From Tubulanus polymorphus (taxonomy: Eukaryota; Animalia; Nemertea): a stretch of 64,000 bases of DNA. The notes below the pieces were generated by a model. That model searched no databases. It saw nothing but the letters and a program-made list of their open reading frames with translations, and had not been told where the DNA came from. A program made the translations under genes and the position numbers. The stretch lies in the NCBI RefSeq assembly GCF_964204645.1, contig NC_134033.1, positions 8,874,655-8,938,654 of the forward strand, in the 5' to 3' direction. Shown one piece after another: positions 1-62,285 of the stretch (positions within the stretch are counted from its first letter, which is position 1; each line of letters begins with the position of its first letter).

Positions 1-927
1 AATGACCAGGCGAAACTGATCTGTTATATACACTGACATGAATAATTGATTTAAATCAATTTGATCAATATTTAATTTCTACTACAAGTAGATAAAACAC
101 TTTAAATCTTATATCATAATCTGTTACTTATTTGTTTAGACTTAGATTGCATGGACAACGATAATGATATCATTGAAATAGAAATGCATAAATCATTCAA
201 TATGAATAATTCCCGGAAATCTTAAAACTATCCCAGGAACCTACAGCTCACATATCATCATATCATATCATTATTTACCATGGGCCTATGTACGTACAGA
301 CAGCCTCACTAGTTTAGGTACTTTATGTCCTTTGTGATATAAGTACATAAAATACCTCTCTTAAACTATTCATTGAGGGTGCCGCTATATGAAATAAGTA
401 CCGGTACTACAATATGACAGACATGGTTTGAATGTAAAATCTCATGGTCTAAAGAGTTTTTATCACAACTCCTTTAAGCCCGAAGGAAAAGACCTTGAAC
501 AACGGCTACTTTAAGATAAGTGGGAGTGAACGAAAAGAAATGTAGGTAGGATTCACAGTAAGTAGGTTTGCGAAAAACTAGAAAACCTAATATCGAATAA
601 AGTTATGTAAGAGAACATCCAGAAAAGGTATTTTCCCATCATTTTCCATTTAAAGGTTCAAGAAAGGATAAGGGAATTTAGAAAAGTCATAAAAGAGTCA
701 AGGTTGAAATCAGCAGACATCACCCAGCTGTTATGTAGGGTGTCTACTGCCAACCGCCGTATACAGTCACCACCCTTGTATGTAGGGTGTCGCTCGTCAT
801 AAGCTATATAAGTAGAATATGGATCCCCAAAGAAGGATCGATTTTCATGGAACTTCTTTTAGTTCCATGTTACTACGCCTTTATGTATCAGCTTGCGCAT
901 AATTCCCCTCATTTACACAAAAAGTAA

Positions 928-1395
928 AGGCTGGCTTTATGTCGTCAAGCAATGCGTCGCCTACCGACGCAGCTGGGTTTATCTCCGATTAGCGGCAACT
1001 AGCGGCCTACGAGAGGCCGACAGTTGCTGCGCTATCCGTTCGACATAAGCCGGCTAGTCGCCGATGTTCTACTCCGGCCTACGGTAGGCGGACAGTTGCT
1101 TTCGATCGCAACCGACATAAGCTCATCTGCGACGCGACGGAACTGAGCGCAGGGGTTCCAGCCAATAAGAGACCGAATATACATAGTACAAATTATGACC
1201 GCTAGTTAGCGTCATTCGTAATTAGTCATAAACTTTAAATTCAAGTAGTTCAAAACGTAAACCAAACCACGGCAGATGACTGGACCGAAGATCTAGCAAC
1301 GAAATTGGTAGAATTATGGTGTGAGCGGCCATCTTTATGATGTCGCTTGCACATTGTATTCAAAACAGAATCAGAAAGATAAAGATTTTCAATAG
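928..1395 (+). mobile_element. PIF/Harbinger-like remnant with MADF (Myb/SANT-like) fragment
   Basis: TAA then AGGCTGG end; 1272-1395 encodes WTEDLATKLVELWCERPS(fs)YDVACTLYSKQNQKDK. Confidence 0.6.
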
Positions 1396-1739
1396 CTTTT
1401 TTAATAGAAATATATTTCCCTATAATTCAAAATGATTCAAATTTATTCTTTTAAAAAATTTTTTTTATGCAGTATAAATGATATATAGATTATAAACAAT
1501 TTACATACATACGAGGCTGGATGCTTGGAAAGCCAATGGAGCTGTGTCCCGTAGGGATCCAAGCACCCAGAAATAAGATCAAAATCTAATGAAATTAGGT
1601 AGAATGAGGGTGAAATGGAAACGTGAAATGGGAGTAATCTGTCCGCTGTAGAAGTTTTAGATACATCAGTTTGATTCATTAACTTAAAAAAATTGTGCTT
1701 TAAATGACTTAAGACCAGAATTGGATTTGGGTTCAATAG

Positions 1740-3437
1740 CCATTATAAGTGATTACCTTAAATCTGTTTATTAGAGTGTGGACTGTTGGAGCATTTTTGA
1801 TTGAGGAATTTTGAGTTTGCCAGATGATTGGTATTTTTCCAAGAAAAGATCTATTATATAAACTTGATGAATAGGCAGCAACTCTCGGATAGTCTCTTTG
1901 TCTAGTATTATAGTTGTGGTTGAATGAGTTTTTTTGAAAGATAGCAAGAATGGGCCGAGGAAGGCTATTTCTAGTATATCTATAGCCAGTTGTAACCAAA
2001 CCAGTTTGATCAAGTCGTCAAGCTTCAAGATTTTCATTGATTTGAATAATGGATTAGATGGTGCTCGGGAAGTGGAGTTGGAAATCGTTCTGCTGTAACC
2101 CTCCCACTCACAGTAAATGAATCGGAAGTAATACTGGTTTCATCATTTTGTTTCCCAATGATTATTTTTAAGAAGCTCCAAAGTTGTTTGGCATTATCTT
2201 TATATGTTAGAATTCTTTTGGCGTAATATGCCTTTTTAGCTCGACGTTTGATGTAGTTCAGATTATTACGATAATTTAAATACGCGATGTAACGAGGATC
2301 GGCTTTATTTAAGCCAAATAATTTCTATAGATTCTATCTTTCTTTCTGGTAGCTTTACATAGGCCTGTTGTCATCCATGGCTCAATGATAACAGTTTTTT
2401 TATAGGTGTTTGATATACAGGGGGAAATGTCATCTAATACAGTTTTAATGTTTTCAATGATATGATTGTATCCCTCTTCGCTACTTAGATTATTAATTTG
2501 GTTCCAGTCCTTTCTCAAAAGGGAATTTCTGATATGAAAAATGTTTTTTAAAGATAGATCTCTATAAGTATATTGATGAGTAATTGTTTTAGGGGTATGA
2601 CTTTTAAGTTTAATAGAGACAAGGCACGGTAGGTAATCAGATAAGTGTGATGTCAAGATGAAACTTTCATAATCCAATAACTCATGAGATAGATAAATAT
2701 TGTCAATTAGAGTAGCTGTTGAATGAGTTATGCAAGTTGGCTTAGTTATTGTTGGCAGAAGATTATGATCAAAATTTGAATGGAGCAATTCCGCTGTATT
2801 TCTGTGACAGTTGGTTTTTATTAGGTCTAGATTTTGATCCATTGCTAAAATTTTCAATTTATTTTCTAATTCAATTTTATCCAATAATGAATTATAGTCA
2901 TCTATGAATTCAAGCTCACTTGTACCTGGAACTCTATAAATTTCACTAATTATGAAGTTTTTGTTATTCGGTCTAGAAATTTCAATGATACAGGATTAAA
3001 AAAAAATTGAAAATTGTTAAGTCGTCTCTGATTTTGGAGTTATATTTATTACTAACAAAAATTGCAACACCACCTCTCTTTCCTGACTTTCTATGTTTCT
3101 CGTTGAGTTTATAACCGGGAATGGTAAATAGATCTGAATTTTGGTCATCCATGAAGGTTTCACACAGGAGTAATATGTCGATTTCGCAATTTGATTTTTT
3201 ACAGGTTTCTAATAAGAGTTTAAGGTCGTTTATTTTTGCTGGAATACTGTGTATATTTAAATGAATTATGTTAAGATTTCCATGGGTTTCATAGTGAAAT
3301 ATATCATGCGCTTCAATGTATGGACAGCTATTGGTGAAAATATTTAAGTCTTTGTCAATTACGTGGGAAAGATCGAAATTTTCATCAGTTGAAATGATTT
3401 CCAGTCTTGTCATGAAATTTGTATTGCCTAAACACAT
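1740..3437 (-). pseudogene. Degenerate non-LTR retrotransposon ORF2 (APE endonuclease plus start of RT; CR1/L2-like)
   Basis: IIHLNIHS, LLLCETF, RGGVAIFV, PTCITHSTATLIDNIY, LSDYLP (APE motifs); PWMTTGL linker; frameshifted YR-PIS-like RT start. Confidence 0.88.
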
Positions 3438-3889
3438 AATCGGACAGATGAGGTTACAGCGGACAGATAAACGATGGTAGTGTTATGACGAAGTATGACT
3501 ACGTGAAATGACAGGAGTAAATGCACACACATAATAAACTATAGACACTTATGGGTAATCGCCAACTTGTATATGGCTGTTATTGTGAGTGTTTCTTCAA
3601 AATACGGGAAAATATGTAATGATTTACTAGTTGATACTACAATGATGTCCAATGGAGTGAAACCTTTTCATGCCACCAGAGTGAATGGGAAATACTCAAT
3701 ACTTTAATACGAGATAGGCTCAATGAGGAATACTCACTACTCAGAGTAAATAAATAATCTTGCATGGCATGTGTCCAACCGAAGATTTGTTTACAAGTCA
3801 TCTAGTGCTTATTTAAATCATTTTAGAACATATAAATGAATGGTGGATAGATAGTGGATCCAACTTATTTACTCACTTGTTTATAGCAG

Positions 3890-4340
3890 ACTCATGACGA
3901 TAAATAGCGATTTGGAAAATTTGGTATTAAAATTTATAAGTGTTCGCGCACTGCGAATTGAATAAATAATTTCTATCCGATTATATTTCCACAAGCCAGG
4001 AGTAAGTTCGATTTTTAATTCCAAACGCGAAAAAACACCATTTACATGTGATGCAACGATTTCGGCAACAACTGAATATGCTAGGTTGATTGGTGGCAGA
4101 ATGAAGTTTTTGCACGGACAAGATGATTGCGATTTCGATATTTCTAATATAGCTGCAAAGCAGCGATAACGGGTTTTCTGCCGAGTTGGTTGGAATGTCA
4201 TGCTCAGATCTGCTCGAAATTAGGTAGATATAAACGTTTTTGCATCCTCTATCGGCAGGGCTAGATTCGAACCTGATGGCATCGCTACACATAGCCACGA
4301 CCTAACTCCTGCCACACTAGACAAAATCGGCTTGCCGTTG
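3890..4340 (-). mobile_element. tRNA-derived SINE-like repeat; diverged relatives near 5350-5480, 8860-9020, 17000-17120, 53300-53420
   Basis: B-box GGTTCGAATC (4264-4273, minus) plus shared CAGAAAACCCGTTATCGCT...GCAGCTATATT block. Confidence 0.5.
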
Positions 4341-4676
4341 TTTTACACGAGGCAAATTTCACCGAAGAATTACGGAAAAACCCCGGCTGAAATTAAACAG
4401 GATTTCTGATTGGCTTAAAATGACATCATCCAAGCTGCACACCCAGGGCAATCCCCCTATCAGGCTCAGCCCCTAGGGCTTGGGGTTGTCCTTCTTATAT
4501 ATGTCTATTTATCTATGCAATCATATCCAAAGAAACTATGTTTATAATCTTGTACATATTATAAGTAAATAAATCGTTCATTCAATCCAGTCTGGCCGGG
4601 TTTCGTATCGTGGCAATACAATATCGATGCCATCAGGTTCGAATCCCTTTCGGTAGGATGGATCCAACGAGACATA

Positions 4677-4824
<148 letters not shown>

Positions 4825-6385
4825 AAATATATACAAAACTCTATACCTATGTCAATCATGCCGACCTGTAAACTAAGTGAAATCTGTTTAAAATGCATCC
4901 AAATGATGATAATTCCCATTTTTCCAACTACGTTTTTCGCTGTTACGTTGGTGAGTTTAAATGACGTATCTAGATCGGCAGTCCGGATCGGTTACGTTTT
5001 TTCATTTTCATGTCGGGTAGAGTTTTCTTCGATAGATTCAAAGAATTCTAATCGTGGTTTTCAGAATGCCATAACATAGCATTGTTCAATGCGTTAAGCA
5101 GCCATTAGTTAACCGAGCTGATTTCACTTTTAGTCCTCGGAGCAATCCTCTCTTTGACTAAAGCAGACACGAATCTCAAGGTCGTCGCGTAATATTGTGT
5201 TTTAGGGGGTGAAAATTAACCAACGGCGAATCCTTCATCTAGTTCGGTCTCTGTATTTTCGTCGCGAGATTAATTCGACGAATACATCTAAAAAGTTCTA
5301 GAACACGTATTCAGAGCGCTATAACGCTCATCACATTTATCAGAGTGTAAATTACTGATTGGTAGTCGAATCTGAGTGAAGATACATTTTTTGTTAAGAA
5401 TAAATAATAATCCCGGCGACTACAAGAGGGTTTTCTGTGAAACAACAGAAAACCCTTATTAGCAGGCTTTATACAACTTCCAAAGAGATGGCCTACATCA
5501 TTATCGTTAGAAACAATCGGCTAGTCACTACAAGTGATTCGATACTTATCTTGTCAAACGAAGTGAAAGTTAAAACAAGAGGAATAATATTGCTGTTTCT
5601 AACTGAAAGGATAAGACTTGCTTCGCGAGGAATGCATTGATATTACATGCATCGATAATGCTTGCACGAAAGAATGTAGCCAATTTGTTAGCTTCGACAT
5701 CAAAGTTAATTTGGATCGGTGCACATTCTTATCCAGCGTATGAAACTGGATGTCTGTATAGAATGTTTGCACTTTACTGGATGATTTGATTTGTAATCCA
5801 GATATTTATGCGAATCAGTAAATGAATATTGGTCACTATATCGGGGACTCGGCGCTAGTCCAGTATACGACATTGTAGTGCGTATGTAGAGTTACATTGC
5901 GTTATTTGGCCAGTCAGTGTTCACAGTAGTTGACCGTTGACAGTCGACACCTAACTACGAGAACGGGTGGCAACTTGTCAACCCGTCAACCAGAACTGAA
6001 GTATGACAGTTTTCCACCCCATTAACTGCTATTTTGATTCATTATTTGTTTCTCGTAAATCCATTACGAACCTGTGGATGATTCGGATGATATTGGCATT
6101 TCGAAACACAAAAAGGCACTCGTGTATATATTACATTCAAATATGATAAAATTGGTTGAAGGTTTTTTGGAGGACACATCACACAGTTATTGGGTGCATT
6201 GTTTGATTTTGATGTGACAAATGATTGGTCCTAAATAACCTTGGGAAGGTTTGTAGCATAGTTTGAAATGTGAATGATTAGGATGAGGGTTAGGTTTAGA
6301 GATAGAGGTTAGGGGACCAAACCGAAGGTTTGGAGACCCCACTAGTGCACGGGCAGCGGGTTATCCCTGTAAAGAGAAAAATGAA

Positions 6386-6860
6386 TTAATTGTTGTAGTA
6401 AGGCGGTTTACGGGACGATGATGCCTCGGGGCGTGTTCGTGTCGAGTCGTCGTATCCAATCTTGTTCGGCTGCTTCGCGGATCGGTCTCGTAGGTGTTGG
6501 AGACCGTGCACCCGAAAGTGTTGTCGGGTGCGGTCGATCTGGTTGAAGTGGCCCGAGGCTGGAGTCGAATTCTGCGTTCTGATGCTTGAGACTTGATCTG
6601 TGACGCGTTCTCGTAGAGACATTCCGGTTTGGCCGACGGACAGCATGTTGCACTTGGTGCATTCGATGCAGTATATGATTTCACGGGTCGCGCAGTTGAT
6701 AATGTGCTGCGGATCGAGTGCATTTTGTAGTGGCTGCGACAAACTGTTGTTTCTCGGATGAGAGGACACGTGCGGCATCTTAGTGTTTCGCATCTCTTGG
6801 TGCCTCGACGTCGGGTTGACGGAGTTGTATGTACTTCGACTGAAACAAAAAAGAATTCTG
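6386..6860 (-). pseudogene. Penelope-like element GIY-YIG endonuclease fragment
   Basis: INCATREIIYCIECTKCNMLSVGQTGMSLRER; upstream Cys-rich linker RCRTCPLI; frameshifted. Confidence 0.85.
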
Positions 6861-9800
6861 TTAACTCGACCGCCGATCACACAACTATATCTGTACTTCG
6901 ATTTCCGATTTCAAAATCAAACCCCCTGTTTCACTCCCGGCAGGTGTGGTGGGTCTGTAAGGGACACTCAATCGAAAAATCAAACGAAATTTACCAGCCA
7001 AATTAATAACAGGGACAATTCCTATTTTATGATATAAAGAGTAATATCGAGGGGCTGTGTATTTGCTTCAACAGTTATCTTCGACTGTCTAAAATCGTCG
7101 GAATTGTCTACAAGTTAAACAGATCGACTACCTTGATAATTGAAATTTATTACTCACAGAGGAATATGCCCGCTATGTACGCAACCTACGTACTGTCATC
7201 TACTTATGATTCTGGAGTTAAACCGAAACGACGTTCATTTTCGGAGATCAACTTCCACGCGGCCAAGCCATCACGAGTTAATAGTTAACCAACCACACCT
7301 ATTTTGGCAGCTAACTGCCACAACACATATAGCCACGATATGGTGATGGTTGCATTTCCAGGAGCTCAAACAATAGTCTATTTGAAACAGGGGGATTTTG
7401 TGTAATGGTGGTTAATTTTGTATACGCATATGTCAATGCTGTGAGTTATTTTTGGGCTTTGGCTTCTCGATAAATCTTTAACAGATACCATCTCTTACAT
7501 ATAAAGGCTAAGGGCGTGGCTCTGCGCGTCTTTATTAGAGCGTACCATGATACTGTAAGAAGATAGACCAATCAAGGGTTTCATACCTGTAAATGTGTTT
7601 GGAGAAGGACGGCGCAAATGAGGTTGACACGAACCTAGACGTATGCTGAAAATTAGCGGTCGATAGCATATAACGTTCATCGTTACTCTGATTTTCTCGT
7701 ATGACAATTAACATAGCACATCCATCATGTGGTACCAGTACCTTGACAATTAATAGTAGTTGTCTTATTTCGATTTCCCCAAGATATCATTAACAGTACA
7801 TTTCATTGGTATCCCTTCATTTGGAAAACGTTTATAAAATTGTATCTGAGTAATCAAGTTGCAAGAATTACGAATGTAGCAGGTCACCTCTGAAAGTAAC
7901 AACTGCGACAATCTGGTACCTGGTACTGATATGCTGAAGCGAGTGCGAATGGGAATTTGTTAATCGTAATGGTGGACCGGTAGAGGGTTTAGAAAACTTC
8001 TCAGAACTTCCCAAAAGTCAAATTTCCTAAAGAGGTAAATAACAAGACTGTCGTTCGTACAGTCAATCTTGCATAGGTCGTACAAGTCAAGCCCAATCAA
8101 ATTTTTTTTTGTTCTACTTACACGACGTAGGACTGTGTGAATAAGTCGAATATTTAGGAATTTTACGAGTTGTATGACATTTAGTTAATATCCTTCAATA
8201 TTGGCATCGGCTGTTGCATAGCCGACAGGCTACGCATGGAAAATCAATACACAGACAAAAGTGACCTTCGGGTGTTCATTTCGTCTATATTCAAACCGTA
8301 GAATATCGGTATGACTCATTCCATCATTATAAATTGATCTAAAGCAAAATAGAAAAACGGAACCACATTATTTTTGTGCGACTTGTGCGTTTATACGACT
8401 TACGATGTACGACTTATATACAGAAAAATGTTTTGGCATATTTGGTGAAGAAATAAAATTTTTAAATAAAATTTGAGTGACTTAAGCCACGTTCACACGA
8501 CACCTAGTTACACCGGACCAAATTTTGGTGAGCGTTCACATGGCGTTTATACACGCATTGATAAATTCTCTTGTGGGCCCAAAAGAGGTTGCCATCTGTT
8601 GAATGATTAACTGGGCCTGGATTAAGTCTTACTTCCAGATTCCAAGTACAGCAAGACATTCTTCATACGATCCTCTGTCAGGTTTAGACATTTTTGCGAA
8701 TTCGATTTTATTGTATCACACTGAAGATCTGAGTGTCGTTTTAACACTATTCAAATCACGGAAGTAAAACGGATGATGATTGCGACATACGAATGTGAAT
8801 ATTTGTTTCGCTCAAAATATTTCCTTGGTAGGGAGGAAAAACAGTACTTAAAGATAATTACATAAAGTTTACGGCAATTAAAGCATTTAAAACTTAAATA
8901 TAGCTGCAAATTAGCGATGACGGGTTTTCTGCAAAGCCATTCAGGATGATGGGAATTGTAGTTAATTGAAATACCGATACATAGAATAAAATGCATTGAC
9001 AGATTCGAACCTATTATGCCACCACTGTGTAAACGTCAAATGTGATTCAGCTTTGAAACCGAACATACGCGGACATACAATCAACAAATATGAATTGATT
9101 CGACCGGGCATTTATTTTGGCATTCAAACATCACGATATCACCACGCTTAAAAATGGATCTGTCCTGTTAAGAACTCATCTTAAGCACCTGCTGAGTTGA
9201 TAGATTGAGTAAATTTACACATAAGAACATTTTATGATTTGGAATAGATTTTAGAAGTTAATCTTTTAATTAAAATATTTGAATAAATACATATATTGTA
9301 GTGTAGATCCAATCAATATGTTTTACAAATTCTATAGTGATAAACAATTTATACCTGCAACATGTGTGTTAATATCAAACCTATTCCACTAGTTGCGTGT
9401 GTTTCCTAATAAACGGGAGAGTCACTCTTGATCTTAGTTATTAGAAAAATAATGCTCATTTAGTTATAGAAATTCAGTACCTTTTTGAAAATTCTATAAT
9501 AATATTTGTTCTGTCCTACTTTTTATTACTGCATGAACCAATGATATGCTTTGTAAATATGATGAAATATAAAATAAATTTGATTTTGAATTAAATTTGA
9601 ATATGAGAATTAAGCATAACATGTGTTTTTTCCACTTGTCTTACTTGTCTCTCGTTAACAGTTCCAGAGTTTCAATAACAATCTAATCCAAATTGGCTAA
9701 AAAGTACATAGGACTAAATGAAATGAACTGTTAGTCACTGCAAACCTCTTCCAGTGTTATGTCGATCGTGTTGAATCACTTTGCTTGAGTTGAAAGAATC

Positions 9801-10252
9801 AGATCTTTTATGGTGCAACATCGGACGGAGAGATATCTTGGTGTTGATTGTCCTTGACCATTTAACTTCATGTGTTTATTGTACATTGGAATCAGCATCA
9901 TACCCATTTGAACTGCAAAATATCCATACAACATGAAAATCAACAGTACAAGTATACAGTAATCAAACTTTCGCCGATGTTGGATATTTGAATGAACGTT
10001 AGGCTTATTTCAGTATTCTAAAGCAGGAAATTACATGTTTTACTTGCCGACATTGCAGACATTGGGAAAGAGATTTTTAATGTAGGTCAGTTTTAATTGC
10101 CAACATCGCCGACATCGTCGACATTGGGATCGACGGACTATATATAAAGTAGCTGGGATCGAGGGTTTTGTGTGTGTGCGTGGATTACCCTCATATAAAG
10201 TGGCTGGGATCGAGGGGCTGGGAGTGTGCGTGGATTACCCTTATATAAAGTG

Positions 10253-10704
10253 GCTGGTTTTCACGAGCGGTTTCCAGCTAGCTTTTTCCTGCGGCTTTTT
10301 CCAGCTAGGGTTAGGGTAAGGGTTAGGGTTAGCGACTTCAGCGGCACGCATTTTCACGTAGCTGATTCCAGCTAGCTTTTTCCTGCAGCTTTTTCCAGCC
10401 ACTGGACAAAAAAAAGCTATTGCACGCAATAGCTGGAAATTGCCGCTGGTAGCTGGAAACCGCTGCCGCATTTTGACCGTTTTCACGAGCTTTTTTAGTG
10501 GTAGAGTCGGAAACCGCTGCGGCAAGCATTTTTACGAGCGGTTTCACGAGCGCTTTCCAGCCAGCAATTTCAAGCTGAGAAATTTTGTAGTAGCTTTTTC
10601 CAGCTGCCGCGTTTCCAGCTCGGGGCCAATTTTTCGGTGTTTTTACGAGTGGTTTCCTGCGGCAGCTGGAAAAAGCTAGCTGGAAACCGCTCGTGAAAAC
10701 CAGC
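10253..10704. mobile_element. MITE-like inverted-repeat element with internal GGGTTA repeats
   Basis: ~35-bp TIR GCTGGTTTTCACGAGCGGTTTCCAGCTAGCTTTTT and internal subrepeats. Confidence 0.75.
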
Positions 10705-11061
10705 GCGACGATCGCGTCGCATCGCAAGGCCCACCTACGACTTTAGGCGCTGTCTATGATAGGCCCTAATTTTACTTTGGTGGATGACTTTGCTAACATT
10801 TCAGTGGTTACCTTGGTGATCGTTCGTATTTCACCGATTGAAATTGTTGCTGATTTGATGTAAGTCAATGTCTCTGCGTCTTTTTGTAGTTGAAAGATAT
10901 CGACATCGAAATGTTGTGATTCCTAGGGCTCATTGAAAAATCAATCATCTCACAAATCATCTGACTGCGAGGGCCAAAGCAGGGCGCCGAGAAGATCAGG
11001 TAGCAAATTCTAATCAGGTTTCACCAAGAATCTTAGTGTCTGATGTACCACAGTTGGTTAC

Positions 11062-11848
11062 ACTACTGTCTGTCACACCTACTCTCCGTGCGACGTTTTG
11101 TTCCGTAATTTCGTTAATAATCGGTTTATCTACCTTTATTACGCATCAGTTTGTTCAGTGTGGAATTTGCATTCAGAAATAAACAACAATTTTTACTAAA
11201 GTTGTTTTTGTTTTCATTTATGAGCGATAGTTTACGCAGCATACGCTCGCGTAATGCTGAAAAATCCGCTCTGCGGACGCTCGGAAACGTTACAGTGACG
11301 TCATCACCTGCTCATTAGCATATCAAAATACAGTAGGTGGCGCCACGTGACGGGCCATAAACGCCGTTTTTCAGCATTACGCGAGCGTATGCTAGGTAAA
11401 CTATCGCTGATAGAAGATCAATTTGTTCAGTAAGGAATTTGCATTCAGAAATAAATCATGAACTGGCATAAATTTGTTTGTGTTTTCTTCTATCAGCGAT
11501 AGTTTACCTAGCATACGCTCGCGTAATGCTGAAAAACGGCTTTTATGGCCCGTCACGTGGCGCCACCTACTGTATTTTGATATGCTAATGAGCAGGTGAT
11601 GACGTCACTGTAACGTTTCCGAGCGTCCTCGGAGCGGATTTTTCAGAATTTCGCGAGCGTATGCTGAGTAAACTATCGCTCATAGGCCTAAATGAAAACA
11701 AAAACAACTTTAGTGAAAATTGTCGTTTATTTCTGAATGCAAATTTCTCACTGAACAAATTGATGCGTAATAAAGGTAGATAAACCGATTTTTAACGAAA
11801 TTACGGACCAAAACGTCGCACGGAGAGTAGGTGTGACAGAGAGTAATG
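11062..11848. repeat. Long palindromic foldback element
   Basis: ~350-bp arms that are close reverse complements. Confidence 0.9.
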
Positions 11849-12103
11849 TCTATTTCTACCTGACTTGAGAGCATTCCGGGTGGCCTAGCTCGCTCATTTT
11901 TGGTAGTACATACCTGATAAAGGTCCTTATAGGACCAGAAAGGACAAGCAGTCGACCTAAATCATCATTATTTAATCAATTTAAGATGTTTAAGGTCGAC
12001 TGCCAGTCCTTTCTGGTCCTAATAAGACCTTTATCAGGTATGTACCACCAAAAATGAGCGAGCTAGGCCACCCGGAATGCTCTCAAGTAAGGTTGAAATA
12101 GAC
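11848..12103. repeat. Second foldback element (~255 bp); related arms also at ~12215 and ~13380-13430
   Basis: GACTTGAGAGCATTCCGGGTGGCCTAGCTCGC ... GCGAGCTAGGCCACCCGGAATGCTCTCAAGT. Confidence 0.85.
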
Positions 12104-13746
12104 GTTAGTGTACCTACACATGGTACATCTGACAATATGGTTCTTGTTGAATTGATTTCTTGATATCTCAATCGCCTGACAAATCTGATAGGCCTAAGTA
12201 TTGTCCAATTTTAGCCTACTTGACTTGAGAGCACATCAGATTCGATTAAGACCTATTTGAGGTATCACCAAAAAATTAAGCGAAACATCCCAAAAAGATC
12301 GACGTCAATAGAAATAAATAGACATAAGCTCAGTCAGTTTTGGTGGTACATAGGCCTACCTGATATAAGTCTTATTAGGATCAGAAAGGACTGGCAGTTG
12401 AAGGAAAAGATCGTTTTTAATCCCTGCTACGCTGTATTGAAAGATTGCAATAAGTCTGCATTGTATGGGGTTATTAGAGAAAAATTCCACGATTTGAAAG
12501 TTTAACAATATGGCTCCATGCCTACCAACTGAAGTTTGCTATGTAAGCTATGTAGGCTACACCATCACCAATAGGCCTAACCTTAGTGTCTGGTGTTCAA
12601 CTCCAAAATAGGTCAATATAGTTCAAAGCATGGTGGGTTTTCTTTAATGAAGTGAGTGGGTCCGGCAATTTAAAATCGACAATCCTGATGTCGACCGATT
12701 GGCTCAAGTCCATTATAGCATTAAGTAGTTCCGACAGAGACTAATCACATCGGACTGGTATTTGGAATTAATCCCCCCGACATCGGACTGATCTTACGAC
12801 ATTACGCTATAGGGACGTACGGACATACCGGCATACCGAAACAACCGACATGCCGACTAACCGACATACCGACAAATCCGTGCTAGGTATAAAGTGGCCG
12901 GGATCGATGGGGCTGTGTGACGCATGGATTACCCTTACATAGTGGCTGGGATCGAGGGGCTGTGTGGTGCGTGGATTACCCGTACTAAAGTGATTAAAAC
13001 GTGGGGACAAGCTAAGGGGTAATCAGATGAAAACAAAGAGAAGGAACATGAAAGGCGATAATCAGAGAGGGAGTGGAAACCAGCTAGCGATATTCAAGGC
13101 AACCAATAGAGGGAATTGATATAACGGGGGTACAAGAGAAGCGAGAAATTTGGAGATCATAAAGTTGTGGGGGGAGAAACCGTTATTCAAATTAAGACAA
13201 TTTCCAGAGTTTTTGATAATCAGTCCCGATTCCATAAGTTTTCAAAATTGTGGCTGGTTTCGTATAGGCCTACGTGATTGGCATCTCCCCTGTCCGGAAA
13301 AATCCAATGACACATCCATTTTAAACTGTATTGAAGGATATCCAAAAATTCTACTTTTGCCAGATTATGCACCACCAAAAATGTGCGAGCTAGGCCACCT
13401 GATGTGCTCTCAAGTCAAGTTGAATTAGACATTAGGTTATATATGTGTGACTTCCGCGTTTGCCTTAACGCTATTACAACTTGTGATAAAGCTCTATATC
13501 TGCCTTTAACAACAGCATCCTGGCAACGGATGTACGTATGCGCGAGACGAGCGAGTAAGGATAGGAATTCACGCCTAAACCACGGTTAAAATCAAGCTAT
13601 TTTAACGCGTAGACGCATTTTGAGGGTCCCCGATTCATGTCTTCAAAATGAAAATGGATTTTTAAACAAATTTGTTGCTCAAACATGGATATATTTTGTA
13701 AGGAAAATGGTGCTTAACTTTAGTTCTAGGAAAGTGCTCTGTGAAT

Positions 13747-62285
<48,539 letters not shown>

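Noticed and set aside
10308-10332. Interstitial telomere (GGGTTA)n; also ~15185 and ~15600
   Set aside because: Only 2-4 imperfect units embedded in MITE-like repeats.
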